A stretch of DNA of 13,794 bases from Bdellovibrionota bacterium (GTDB taxonomy: Bacteria > Bdellovibrionota_C > UBA2361 > JBGSMV01), in contig JBIKWF010000115.1 in the NCBI GenBank assembly GCA_044356455.1, forward strand, positions 1 through 13,794, given 5' to 3'. Shown piece after piece: positions 1 through 9,161 of this stretch. Below the pieces are notes generated by a model. The model was not told the origin of the DNA. It ran no database searches and was given only the letters and a program-made list of their open reading frames with translations. The position numbers and the translations under genes are program-made. Within the stretch, counting starts at the first letter, position 1; every line of letters starts with the position of its first letter.

Positions 1-304
1 GCAGGGGAAAAAGCCTGAGCCATCTCTTGGCTACGTCCTTAGGGCTGAGCTTCGCTCCGATGTCGGGTCTATTTCTTATAAGGGTATGGAGGTGGTTCGC
101 CATAATGGCGTAGGCGGCGATTTCTATACAGAAGACCTTGGAGAGACCGCTTAGTCTGTCTCGGATCCAGGAGCGGCGGTGCTCGAAGGAGGCGCCTGTG
201 AGCTCGTCGTAACCACAGAGGTAAGCCCTCCGGACGCAGCGCGAGATGCAGTGGTAGAAACCAATTTCGTCTTTCTTAAAGACTTCGCTGCGTGCTCCAG
301 TCAT
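1..304 (-). CDS. HUH/Y1 single-strand transposase (REP-associated tyrosine transposase / IS200-like superfamily), 5' part only; continues beyond the left edge
   Basis: Not in the ORF track. Manual translation from ATG at 304: MTGARSEVFKKDEIGFYHCISRCVRRAYLCGYDELTGASFEHRRSWIRDRLSGLSKVFCIEIAAYAIMANHLHTLIRNRPDIGAKLSPKDVAKRWLRLFPL, open to the edge. YHCISRCVRRAxLCG, EHRRxWI and AYAIMxNHxH (HUH) are hallmark motifs of this family. Confidence 0.9.
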   Translation of the reverse strand, partial: MTGARSEVFKKDEIGFYHCISRCVRRAYLCGYDELTGASFEHRRSWIRDRLSGLSKVFCIEIAAYAIMANHLHTLIRNRPDIGAKLSPKDVAKRWLRLFPL

Positions 305-443
305 GGCCGATAGTTCCGAATAAAGCTGGGAGAGTGCCCCGCTGCCACCACAACATGTGGGGGTAGAGTTTTTTACGGGACCGATCTCGTGTCCGCTTAT
401 ACTCGGAGTTTTCGGGGAAAAGTTGCTTGGAGAGGTAAGAAAT

Positions 444-527
444 TATGGGTGTCCAATACAGCTCGCTCACTTAAGGGCTTTGGGGGGACAAGTATGGGTG
501 TCCCATAGAGGTCCTGGGTGCCCCATA
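444..527. repeat. Three short REP-like hairpin motifs (consensus TATGGG-TGT-CCCATA) upstream of the Y1 transposase
   Basis: TATGGGTGTCCAATA (444-458), perfect hairpin TATGGGTGTCCCATA (493-507), CCTGGGTGCCCCATA (513-527); the last two have a 20-bp period. Confidence 0.6.
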
Positions 528-539
528 GCGATCCGAGTG

Positions 540-1226
540 CTATTGGGGAGGCGAGTAGAGTCTATGCTCTTGAATGTAGCTCTCCACCTCTGGTGGTACT
601 AGTCCGGTGACTGACTCGCCATTTGCTAGTCGCTCACGCACCGTCGTCGCCGAGACATCAATGGGTGTCCCAGCAAGGACGTGGCTCTTGAGCTTCGTTG
701 CGAGCTCTGGAGCAAAACCTTCCGCAACCTCTCGAATTTTCTCTCTGTCTTCTGCTGTTCGAGGCGCGACAAAGACTCCCTCTACCAGCTCCAGTATTTC
801 ACCTGGCATGCGCCAGCGAGGGAAGCTAAGTAAGCTGTCTCCCCCCATGAGCAAATAAAGCAACGCACCTGCCCCAAGGTGAGAGCGAACTTCCCGCACC
901 GTATCTATGGTGAATGAGGGCCCTGGGGATGAGCGCGTGAGTTCGATTGGGGAAATGCCCCACCCTGGTCTCCCTTTTAGAGCTCTCGACAGCATCTCAA
1001 GGCGATCGGCATCAGAGGCATGCGGTAGATTATTCTTATGCGGGTTGAGGCGAGCCGGTACGAAAACAACGCTCACAGACTCTGCGGCCAAAGAACTCGC
1101 GGCACGCTGCGCTATCTCTAAATGAGCTGCTTGGGGAGGATCAAAGGTGCCGCCAAAGAGAATGACCGGCCCCTTAAGGGACGTCCAATCGATTTCAGGC
1201 CAACGAGTTGAAGCATTTAGGGTCAC
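540..1226 (-). CDS. nadD: Nicotinate-nucleotide adenylyltransferase (NadD family)
   Basis: ILFGGTFDPP, FVPAxxNPHK, RLEML, SFTIDTV, LLMGGDSLLSFPRW, VSATTVR (SSTxIR-like), LVPPEVESYIQEHRLY. Start placed at GTG 1226 because GAGGA lies just upstream; the ORF track extends to 1259. Confidence 0.9.
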   Translation of the reverse strand: MTLNASTRWPEIDWTSLKGPVILFGGTFDPPQAAHLEIAQRAASSLAAESVSVVFVPARLNPHKNNLPHASDADRLEMLSRALKGRPGWGISPIELTRSSPGPSFTIDTVREVRSHLGAGALLYLLMGGDSLLSFPRWRMPGEILELVEGVFVAPRTAEDREKIREVAEGFAPELATKLKSHVLAGTPIDVSATTVRERLANGESVTGLVPPEVESYIQEHRLYSPPQ

Positions 1227-1334
1227 GTGCACTTCCTCACAGAGATCTAATTCTAGCACAAAATCTCATAAAGTATCGATGCCGCCCCTGCCCGCACCGG
1301 AAACTAGCGCCACTAATTTTCGATAGTAAGAGGC

Positions 1335-2150
1335 ATGAAACAGCCCCCTCTCACCATAAGCGCCTGGGAAAGCCTTATTCGACCGGTCTTCGATTTCTTT
1401 GTACCACCCACCTGCGTACTCTGCCGGCGCGTCACTAGTACCCCGCCCCTTTGCCACCGCTGCCGACCTCCTCGCCCGAGGCTTTTAACTCCCCGCTGCT
1501 CGGCCTGTTTTAGAGAGCTCGGTTCTGAAACTTCTGTCTGCGCACATTGCGAGGAGCTTGGCTCTCTTTTTAGACATGAGCGCTTCCTCTGGGACTATTC
1601 CCCCGCCCTGCGAGCAATTATGCAGCGCATGAAGTATGGCCCAAGCCTGCTGCTTGCCGAATGGCTTGGGGCGGTTCTCGCCGAACATTACGCAGCTCTT
1701 TCTCTCACTGCGGACTGGGCACACATTATTCCGATGTCTGGGACTCCCGAGCGCCTCGCAAAGCGAGGTTTTGATCAAGCAGAAGTAATCGCTCGAACCT
1801 TCTGTACAAAACTCTGCCTCTCACAGGAGCTCGTGAATAGCCGAATCCTTGCGCGTAGCTTTCACGCCAAAGCGCAAGCCGACACGCTACACCGGCGCCG
1901 CTTTGCCAACAGCGCACGCTCTCTTCGCCTACGCAAAAAGCCGCTGCCTGGCGCACGCATCCTCTTGATTGACGACGTCACCACCACCGGGGCCTCGGCA
2001 CAACAGGCTGCAATTTTGCTTAGAAACGCGGGCGCATCAAAAATCGACCTGCTCTCATTGGTGCGTGCTGATGCTTGGGAAGAGTATAGGATGACGCGGC
2101 TCCAGAGGGTGCCGAAGCATCTCCTCTTTCCTCCCACACTGCCCCGATAG
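1335..2150 (+). CDS. comF: ComF family protein (double zinc ribbon + phosphoribosyltransferase-like domain)
   Basis: PPTCVLC..CHRC..CSAC..CAHC zinc ribbons, MKY, RLAKRGFDQA, and PRPP-binding loop ILLIDDVTTTGAS. Confidence 0.88.
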   Translation: MKQPPLTISAWESLIRPVFDFFVPPTCVLCRRVTSTPPLCHRCRPPRPRLLTPRCSACFRELGSETSVCAHCEELGSLFRHERFLWDYSPALRAIMQRMKYGPSLLLAEWLGAVLAEHYAALSLTADWAHIIPMSGTPERLAKRGFDQAEVIARTFCTKLCLSQELVNSRILARSFHAKAQADTLHRRRFANSARSLRLRKKPLPGARILLIDDVTTTGASAQQAAILLRNAGASKIDLLSLVRADAWEEYRMTRLQRVPKHLLFPPTLPR

Positions 2151-2264
2151 TTTGCTGCCGGTATCTGGGGGGATCCTCTCGCCATCCCCTCCTGGAATGG
2201 CGGAATAGCACGCTCTACCAACAAAATGGACAACAAGGCCGCCCTGGGGTAACCACTACTCCCT

Positions 2265-3047
2265 ATGAACAACTCGCTTTCCAATGCCCTCCTCGAACTC
2301 GTCCGGATCGTCGCAAAACTTCGCGATCCGAATGGGGGCTGCCCTTGGGACCTTGAACAAACTCACGACTCCCTGACCCCCTACGTCGTGGAAGAAGCCT
2401 ACGAAGTAGTAGATGCAATTAAGCTCGATAGACCAAAACTTAAAGACGAGCTTGGTGACTTGCTCCTGCAAGTGGTGCTACATGCCCAAATTGCAAGCGA
2501 AGAGAAGACCTTCTCTCTTGAAGATGTCATTGAGGGAATTTCAAAAAAACTTGTCTACCGCCACCCGCATGTATTTGGAGAGGTCAAGGTTTCAGGCACC
2601 AATGAAGTACTGAACAACTGGGAGCAGCTCAAACAGAAGGAGCTTCCTAAGGATAAGAGCATTCTTGATGGAGTACCGCGCTCTATGCCGGCCCTACTCC
2701 GCGCCCAAAGACTTGGCGATAAAGCCGCGCGCGTAGGGTTTGATTGGAAAACAGCAGATGATGTTCTGCCCAAAGTGACTGAAGAACTAAAAGAAATTGC
2801 AGAGGCGAAAGACAAAAAGGCACAGGACGAAGAATTAGGAGATCTGCTCTTTGTGCTTGTGCAGTGGGCTCGCAAATCAGGTCGCAATGCCGAGGAGGTC
2901 CTCTCTGCAGCGAATGACAAATTCACGCGGCGCTTTAAGGAGATGGAGCGCTCTCATGCCCATACTGGCGGGGAGAAGCGTTTAAGCGACCTTACTCAGA
3001 CACAGCTCGAGGAGCTTTGGAATTCCGCCAAGAAGGTGGTCGGTTAA
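2265..3047 (+). CDS. mazG: Nucleoside triphosphate pyrophosphohydrolase MazG (tandem-domain)
   Basis: LRDPNGGCPWDLEQT, EEAYEVVDAI, ELGDLLLQVVLHAQIA, RHPHVFG, KAARVGFDW, second EELGDLLF, ANDKFTRRF. Confidence 0.95.
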   Translation: MNNSLSNALLELVRIVAKLRDPNGGCPWDLEQTHDSLTPYVVEEAYEVVDAIKLDRPKLKDELGDLLLQVVLHAQIASEEKTFSLEDVIEGISKKLVYRHPHVFGEVKVSGTNEVLNNWEQLKQKELPKDKSILDGVPRSMPALLRAQRLGDKAARVGFDWKTADDVLPKVTEELKEIAEAKDKKAQDEELGDLLFVLVQWARKSGRNAEEVLSAANDKFTRRFKEMERSHAHTGGEKRLSDLTQTQLEELWNSAKKVVG

Positions 3048-3279
3048 CAAACAGGAGGAGTCCTCTCTCCGCAGTAATTTCAGAGGCTTAGACAGGAAGC
3101 GCCCGCGCCATTCCTAGACTCATTTGCCCATTCGATTACCTATTCGAGGAATTCAACTCCCAACAGCGAACAAACCCTTGTTTTAGGCCTCTACCTAGTG
3201 CATGAAAACGGCCCCTGGCACCTCTTATTCTTAGGGCTATCTATATTGGAGCCCTTAATCTTGGAGCTATTGTACCGCC

Positions 3280-6200
3280 GTGATTACCAGCCCCACACCT
3301 GAAGGAGGCATGTCTCCAGAATCGCGGGGTCCCCACGAATTTTTTGGTCTCGGAGGAGATCCCCATCTTCAGGGCGTTTCACGCCATAGTTTTTTTCGCG
3401 AAGCTACCGACAACCCACAGGAAGCGCGCCCGAACGAACCGGCACCAACCCAGTGGTGCGGCTTCACACTCATACGAAGTGAGACTATCGAGGACACAGA
3501 AGGCGAAGGTCTCCAGTATCAGCACGATGACCTTGGACTTGGTATTACCATTCTTCGCAACAGGGACCGGCTTCGAAGCTGCAGAATCTGCCTGCATACT
3601 CCTAGCACCGATTCTACTGGCAAAGAACACATCCTCGAGCACGATGCGTTTCGCGGAGACGAATTTCACCCAAGCCAAGATCCCGTGTGGGAATACCAGC
3701 GAGGTTCCGCTAATTACGACTCAAACGCCGAAACAAATCTTGATGTTACCACCTTCTATTTCTCAAGCCCGCGGCCTCAAGATTTTTCTCATCTTCTCGA
3801 CCTCTTCGTAAGCGCCGTATTTTTTTCGCGCAACGCCCGTGAAACCTTTCTTCAAGAAGCATGGCGCATAGAGACTGACCCCGATGACCCAGAAAAGGGC
3901 AAGCTTCGGTTTAATGGTATCGTTCTCAACGAGATGAAAGGCGCCTGCGCAGGCGTGCATAACTTTCACGACATCGTCGTTCCGCGAAACCTTTTCCCGC
4001 AGTCTCACCTTAGACATTATAGCGGGGGACTCCCACTTGAGATTCTTAAGCTCACTCATGCCGAACTTAAGGCCTTTCGCGATGCCGCGTATCACCCTTC
4101 GAACGCAAAAATGGTCTTTGCAGGGGACGTTGACCCAAAAGAAGTGCTTGAGATGGTAGCTCAGCGCCTTTCGGGCCTCGAGAGGAGAGAGTATGCGCCT
4201 GCAACTCTTGTTCCCCCTGACTGGGAGGGAACGCGGCGTGTCGACTGCACCTACCCTGGTGCCGAGTCTGAGAACCGTGCACAAGACACTCTGGTGAGTT
4301 TAAGCTGGGAGCTCGGCTCTAAGTCGGACCCGAGAAGAAATCTCGCCCTCGATCTGCTCAGCAATATTCTTGTCGACGAAGAAATAGGCGTCATTACTCA
4401 GGCCCTTTCGGAATCTGGACTTGGGAACGAACCGTCTTCCTATGGGCTCTGGGATGACACGGCCGCCAATTGCTTTACCATCAGCCTCGCGGGCGCCTCC
4501 TATCTTGAAGCTCCGCAGTTTGAAGAACTGGTATTCTCCAAACTCTCGGCTCTGCTCAACGAAGGCATTTCACCAAGATCGGCAGCCAAGGTAATTCGGC
4601 GCTACCGCCTTAGTCTTTTAAACGATCAAAATGACCCCAACCGCGGATCTGAATGGGCAGATACCGCCCTTTCTGCCTGGATGTATGGAGGAGACCCTTT
4701 CGAGGCGCTGCGCGTCAACGCTCATCTTTCCGCCCTAGAAGAATCAGTAAAACGCGGTGAAAAAGTCTTTGAGCCACTTATCGCTGAGCTACTTTCTCGG
4801 CCGCGCTTGCTTATTACGTTGCGACCGGATCGGGCTCTACTCGATGAATGGACCGCTGCGGAGGAAAAACTTCTTGAAGAATACAAAGGAAAGCTGGGCT
4901 CAGAAGGACTCGCGGCCGCCCTAGAAGAATCCGCAACGCTCCCAGAAAGGGTAGCTCGCTTCGACACGGTCAGGGCAAAGGAGGCAGTGCCTCGTCTCAA
5001 TGTCACCCATTTACGGAAACGAGCAGATATCTTTCCCACAATCACACTTCCAGAAAACGACCGAATTTCGGCGCTAGAAATGCCCACGCGCGGCCTTGTC
5101 TACCTCAATGTAGCGCTTGATCTTTCGCGAGTGCCCGAGGCCAGGCTTCCCTACGCGAGCATTCTGGCGCGTTGCTTGTTTGAAACGGGCACCAGATTCC
5201 AAGCCTCCGCTGAGTACAAGCAGCGCATGGGCGACTACCTGCTTTCGATTGAGCGCGAGATTTGTTTTAACAATCATTTCGGCGCAGGCGCCCTCGAAGG
5301 AAGGATGGTTCTCGGCACCTTCTGCTTTGCCGAAGACATTCCACGCGTCGCTGCAATGCTTCGCACCGGAATACTTGACATCTCCTTCGACGACCGAAGT
5401 CACATAGCGGCGCTCATGCGAGAACAAATTGATGAACTGGAAGCCTCTCTGCATGAGGCAGAATCAGCGTTTTCAACCTCTCACGCGACTGGACTTGTCT
5501 CTGCAAGAGGTTACGCAGAGGACCTCACGACGGGTATCTTATACCTCCGTCAGCTTCGAGTAATAGAACGAGAAGCGCGGCGTGGAAATTGGCGCCCCAT
5601 TAAGGCAGCGCTCGAAGAAACCCGGGGCCTCATTCTCTCAGGAAGGCCCGCCAAGGCACACGCAACCTGCAGTCCTCAGCACTTTCCCGCGGCCGGCAAA
5701 GCACTTGGTGCCCTGCTCCATTCTCTTGAGCGTGCATGCCCTCCACTACCCCATTCTGATGAACCTCTGTGGCCCCTCCCAGAAGTCTCTAAAATCCATG
5801 GCGTAGTTATCCCCTCCCAAGTGAACTACCTTGCCCGCGCAATTCCGCTCGCCGAAACTGGCTGGCGTTACCACGCTTCAGCCGATGTAATCTGCAATCA
5901 TCTTTATCACACTGCCATTTGGGACCAGGTTCGCCGCCAAGGCGGAGCGTATGGAGGGAGTGTCAGAATCCTCCCCATGAGCAAAGTCCTCCTTCTTAGC
6001 TCACACAGCGACCCTAATATTGCAAAGACGCTCAAAGTTTTCTCTGAAGTACCACGCTACATTCGGGAGCTTGCAAATGATGCCCCCGGTATGAGGCAGA
6101 GTATTGTCCGGAGCGTCTGCGAAAACGAAGCGGCTGATCCTCCAGACTTAAGGGGCCAGCTTTCCTTTATGAATGTAATTACTGGAATTCCTCCCGAATT

Positions 6201-6372
6201 GGAGCAACAACACCGGGAAGAACGCATGGGCACTACCCCCGAGCATTATCATGCCTTTGCAGAGATAGTTGAGCAGGCACTTAGGGAAGGCTCGTTTGTG
6301 GTACTTGGCTCTCGTAAGGAAATTGAGCAAGCAAGAGAGCTTGGACTCGAAATTGACATATCAACGCTGTAA
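3280..6372 (+). CDS. Insulinase-family (M16C) Zn metallopeptidase, presequence protease (PreP)-like
   Basis: 1030 aa; inverted zinc motif DSTGxxHILEH, FLQEAWR, GIVLNEMKG (third ligand), SGGxP, YHPSNA, C-terminal WDQVRRQGGAYGG and SxxDP. Exact start uncertain (GTG 3280 or ATG 3310). Confidence 0.9.
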   Translation: MITSPTPEGGMSPESRGPHEFFGLGGDPHLQGVSRHSFFREATDNPQEARPNEPAPTQWCGFTLIRSETIEDTEGEGLQYQHDDLGLGITILRNRDRLRSCRICLHTPSTDSTGKEHILEHDAFRGDEFHPSQDPVWEYQRGSANYDSNAETNLDVTTFYFSSPRPQDFSHLLDLFVSAVFFSRNARETFLQEAWRIETDPDDPEKGKLRFNGIVLNEMKGACAGVHNFHDIVVPRNLFPQSHLRHYSGGLPLEILKLTHAELKAFRDAAYHPSNAKMVFAGDVDPKEVLEMVAQRLSGLERREYAPATLVPPDWEGTRRVDCTYPGAESENRAQDTLVSLSWELGSKSDPRRNLALDLLSNILVDEEIGVITQALSESGLGNEPSSYGLWDDTAANCFTISLAGASYLEAPQFEELVFSKLSALLNEGISPRSAAKVIRRYRLSLLNDQNDPNRGSEWADTALSAWMYGGDPFEALRVNAHLSALEESVKRGEKVFEPLIAELLSRPRLLITLRPDRALLDEWTAAEEKLLEEYKGKLGSEGLAAALEESATLPERVARFDTVRAKEAVPRLNVTHLRKRADIFPTITLPENDRISALEMPTRGLVYLNVALDLSRVPEARLPYASILARCLFETGTRFQASAEYKQRMGDYLLSIEREICFNNHFGAGALEGRMVLGTFCFAEDIPRVAAMLRTGILDISFDDRSHIAALMREQIDELEASLHEAESAFSTSHATGLVSARGYAEDLTTGILYLRQLRVIEREARRGNWRPIKAALEETRGLILSGRPAKAHATCSPQHFPAAGKALGALLHSLERACPPLPHSDEPLWPLPEVSKIHGVVIPSQVNYLARAIPLAETGWRYHASADVICNHLYHTAIWDQVRRQGGAYGGSVRILPMSKVLLLSSHSDPNIAKTLKVFSEVPRYIRELANDAPGMRQSIVRSVCENEAADPPDLRGQLSFMNVITGIPPELEQQHREERMGTTPEHYHAFAEIVEQALREGSFVVLGSRKEIEQARELGLEIDISTL

Positions 6373-6505
6373 ACTCCGAAGAGCCAGCGAAGTCCCTTCA
6401 CTCACCGTGCCAGCTTCTCCAAAGGGTTCCAATCTGAATCCTTCACTCATTTATTCGAGCGCCTGAACGTCGAGATGTGATAGCATCTCCTACCCAACAT
6501 CTCCT

Positions 6506-7563
6506 ATGAGGTCGCTCGCGCGCGTAAACCAAAAAAACTTTTTCCAGGCGACAAAGTTGCAGCGGTATCACTATCATGGGGCGGCCCAGGAACCATTCCG
6601 CACCGCTACCAAGCAGGTAAGCGCCAGTTCATGGACGAATTCGGCCTTGAAGTCGTCGAAATGCCCAACGCCCTCAAGAGCGCCGATTTTCTTTCGAAAA
6701 ATCCTCAGGCGCGTGCCGACGACCTTATGCAGGCTTTTAGCGATTCGTCGATAAAAGCTGTTATCTCTACAATCGGTGGAGATGATTCGATTCGAGTACT
6801 GCCCTTCATCGATCTCTCAGTTATCAAAAACAATCCCAAAATTTTCATGGGTTATTCGGACACCTCGATTACACACTATGCCTGCCTCAAGGCGGGCCTT
6901 AGCTCCTTTTACGGACCTGCCTTCATGTCAGGCTTCGCTGAAAATGCGGGCATGCACCGTTATCTCGTCGAGAGTGTAAGACGTACTTTATTCTCGAGTA
7001 ACCCAATTGGACTGGTTTCCCCCAGCCGTGGAGGTTGGACAGTGCAGCATCTTGACTGGGACAAAGAAGCAAACCAGAAAATTGCGCGCACGCTGCAACC
7101 AAATCCTGGGTGGAAGTGGCTGCAAGGGAAAGGGAAAGTGCGCGGCCATTTGATGGGCGGTTGCATTGAAGTTGTTGACTGGCTGCGCGGCACCGACTTT
7201 TGGCCCAGCAAAGATCATTGGAAAGGTGCCATCTTGTTTTTTGAGACCTCAGAGGAAGCCCCTCCCCCAGTAGCGCTCAAGCGCATGCTTCGGAACATGG
7301 CCGCCACGGGAGACCTTACTCTCGCGGCAGGGCTTATTTTTGGGCGCCCCGGCGGTAGTAACAACTCCGCTTCTTTTGAAGCCTATGACCAAGCAATTCT
7401 TGAGGCCGTGCGCGATGAAGCCGGCATGACAAACGTGCCAATAATTACCCAGATGGACTTTGGCCATACCGACCCCATCATGACGCTGCCTTTCGGCATT
7501 CTCGCGGAGATAGATTGCGGAGCTCAGAGCTTTTCAATGGTAGAGAGCGCGGTAGTAGATTAA
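6506..7563 (+). CDS. S66 family LD-carboxypeptidase (LdcA/MccF-like); apparent frameshift near the 5' end
   Basis: Main frame has catalytic GYSD (Ser), FFETSEE (Glu), FGHT (His) and IGGDDS. The same frame continues upstream of ATG 6631 as RKPKKLFPGDKVAAVSLSWGGPG with no ATG/GTG/TTG after TAG 6481-6483; the likely ATG (6506) is in another frame. Confidence 0.85.
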
Positions 7564-7579
7564 GCGCCTCCGATCCGAT

Positions 7580-8080
7580 TTAGCTCAGCCCCTTAGCATC
7601 AGGATGCCAGCTCTTAAGATCCTCGAGGTGCAAATCGAGCGCTGTTTCAATCTCTTTAAGACAACGCAGCAACATATAAAGCTCATTCCCGGCAGGGGCT
7701 ATGTCCTCTGAAGAATCGAAGATACAAACCCGGCCCGCTTGATGCTGCTTCTGAAAAATTTGCTGCCGCGGGTCTAAGCCTCCCACGAGAATCTCTAGCT
7801 GCCCTACACCCTCGCCGAATTGCACAAGAATATCGGGGAGAAGATATTCATGGCGCTCAGCCCCTGACTCACCGTCCATTTCCCCAATAACAATGGGTCT
7901 TGAGCAGAGAGCGGGTAATCGGCGCCAGCGAAGTCCGAGCAAGGGTTCTTCATCCTCACAGCCCAAAATACCAAGCAGCATACCTGCAAGATTTTCTATC
8001 TTGCCCACATATGTCGTAAGGCACACAAGGTCGCCCTGCTCGGCCTGTCCCGAAGATTTTGGTTTATGCTCTGGATCCAT
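7580..8080 (-). CDS. Hypothetical protein (166 aa)
   Basis: Longest ORF filling the gap, ATG start, convergent with the S66 gene (16-bp gap); no motif recognised. Confidence 0.55.
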   Translation of the reverse strand: MDPEHKPKSSGQAEQGDLVCLTTYVGKIENLAGMLLGILGCEDEEPLLGLRWRRLPALCSRPIVIGEMDGESGAERHEYLLPDILVQFGEGVGQLEILVGGLDPRQQIFQKQHQAGRVCIFDSSEDIAPAGNELYMLLRCLKEIETALDLHLEDLKSWHPDAKGLS

Positions 8081-8148
8081 TGCGCATAGAGTATGCAGCG
8101 GAAAGAAACCCTAATCAAAATGCATGGCCTACTTATAGCACGGGGCGC

Positions 8149-8441
8149 CCCATGAGACTGCGCTTTCATCAGCCATATCCTTTTACTCTTGCGGCTCAGT
8201 TTATTGGCAAGGCGTATGGCCCTTAAAAATCTCTGCACTACCTGTTGTTGTGGCATCAGGATGTCCCTCGGAGGAATCGAAACTGACACATGGAAGTTGC
8301 CCTGCTGGGAGATCTTGTTGCAGAGAACTCCCTGATCGCCAACTTTGATCTCCGGGGAAGCACATCCCGGGAGATCAGGGGGCCAGCTCGAATTTGCCCA
8401 TAATTCCCCGGTATTATTGAATATCTGCGGAGTCTCATGGG
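8149..8441. repeat. Long nested imperfect inverted repeat; possible structured ncRNA or MITE-like element
   Basis: CCCATGAGACTGCGC (8149-8163) vs GCGGAGTCTCATGGG (8427-8441), 14/15 complementary; TTATTGGCAA (8201-8210) vs TTGCCCATAA (8394-8403), 9/10; TGGCCC/GGGCCA; internal hairpins at 8307-8332 and 8346-8377. Confidence 0.5.
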
Positions 8442-8534
8442 AATGAGCGCGGCTTGATATCCCAAGATGGAGTCGGGTGAGAATATTCGGTAGGCTCAGC
8501 TCGACAACAAGTCCTCACTCAGGAGTAACTAGCT

Positions 8535-9095
8535 ATGGCAGGCCCTGCAATAAACAATTCTACGCACGAGTCTAGGCTACCAACGCCTCCAGATGCGCAA
8601 AGAGCACGGCTTATTCAGATGCTTCGACGTGTTGATCAGCCTCTCGACGCAATTGCCTCAAACTGCCGTGATCATGATTGGGTTGAAGGTGGGCCAAATT
8701 GGGACATTGCTGCAAGTTCTATGGGATCGTTTGCTGAGGCGCTCCGAGCTGGCATTGCAGCATTAATTATCGAAAATTCACCAGAATTTCGAGCTTCCCT
8801 AACATTTGCTGATATCTGCAGACGTCAATTCGAACAATATATCCCAGAAATTGCAAACCCTCGCACCGCTCCAATAGAGCTATTGGAAAGAATAGTAAAA
8901 GAAATGAACGCATGTCTTGCAGTGCTTATTCCAACGCAATTTCGAGGACAACTAGCCTATTCTGATGAGAGTTTCGTGGGAACTTTTCGGTCACTTAAGA
9001 ATAGCTGGGATGAGCTTCTTAGATTGGAGAACGAGCCACTTGTCATACAGCCGCTTTCAGCACGACCTAGCGGAGAGACAAGCGAGAACAAATAA
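8535..9095 (+). CDS. Hypothetical helical protein (186 aa), paralog of 9930..10493
   Basis: AGGAG RBS at 8521-8525, ATG start; stop codon lies inside an attC-like site; shares a gapless 34-aa block with the 9930 ORF. Confidence 0.8.
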   Translation: MAGPAINNSTHESRLPTPPDAQRARLIQMLRRVDQPLDAIASNCRDHDWVEGGPNWDIAASSMGSFAEALRAGIAALIIENSPEFRASLTFADICRRQFEQYIPEIANPRTAPIELLERIVKEMNACLAVLIPTQFRGQLAYSDESFVGTFRSLKNSWDELLRLENEPLVIQPLSARPSGETSENK

Positions 9096-9138
9096 ATCGA
9101 GCCGACGTCAAACTGCGGCCCATTTAGGGCCGTTATCC
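9083..9138 (+). other. attC-like site A (56 bp)
   Basis: CGAGAAC-AAATAAAT-[C]-GAGCCG-[A]-C...GCGGCCC-ATTTAGGGCC-GTTATCC: 8 nt from AAC to the first unpaired base and a GCCGAC/GCGGC stem as in aadA-type attC; right spacer is 1 nt longer than usual. Confidence 0.6.
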
Positions 9139-9161
9139 ACTTAGATAATTAGCGAGGTTCT

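Noticed and set aside
661..672. Fourth ATGGGTGTCCCA copy
   Set aside because: Lies inside nadD coding sequence (GTPI codons); may be chance.
2167..2202. Overlapping stems GGGGAT/ATCCCC and CGCCAT/ATGGCG upstream of mazG (pseudoknot or switch)
   Set aside because: Only 6-bp stems in GC-rich sequence with no riboswitch motif recognised.
8149..8441. Retron msr-msd, 6S RNA, tmRNA or intact tRNA
   Set aside because: No reverse transcriptase in the window, no tRNA-like paired ends and no recognisable conserved motifs for these RNAs.
7996..8465. Minus-strand ORFs with IntI-like snippets (MRLRRYSI; VQRFLRAIRLA) where a divergent intI would sit
   Set aside because: Matches are a few residues only, no HxxR or catalytic Tyr motifs are visible, and the ORFs overlap the inverted-repeat region.
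9116..9134. CGGCCC-ATTTA-GGGCCG hairpin as an intrinsic terminator
   Set aside because: No U-tract follows and it overlaps the right arm of attC-like site A; not called separately.
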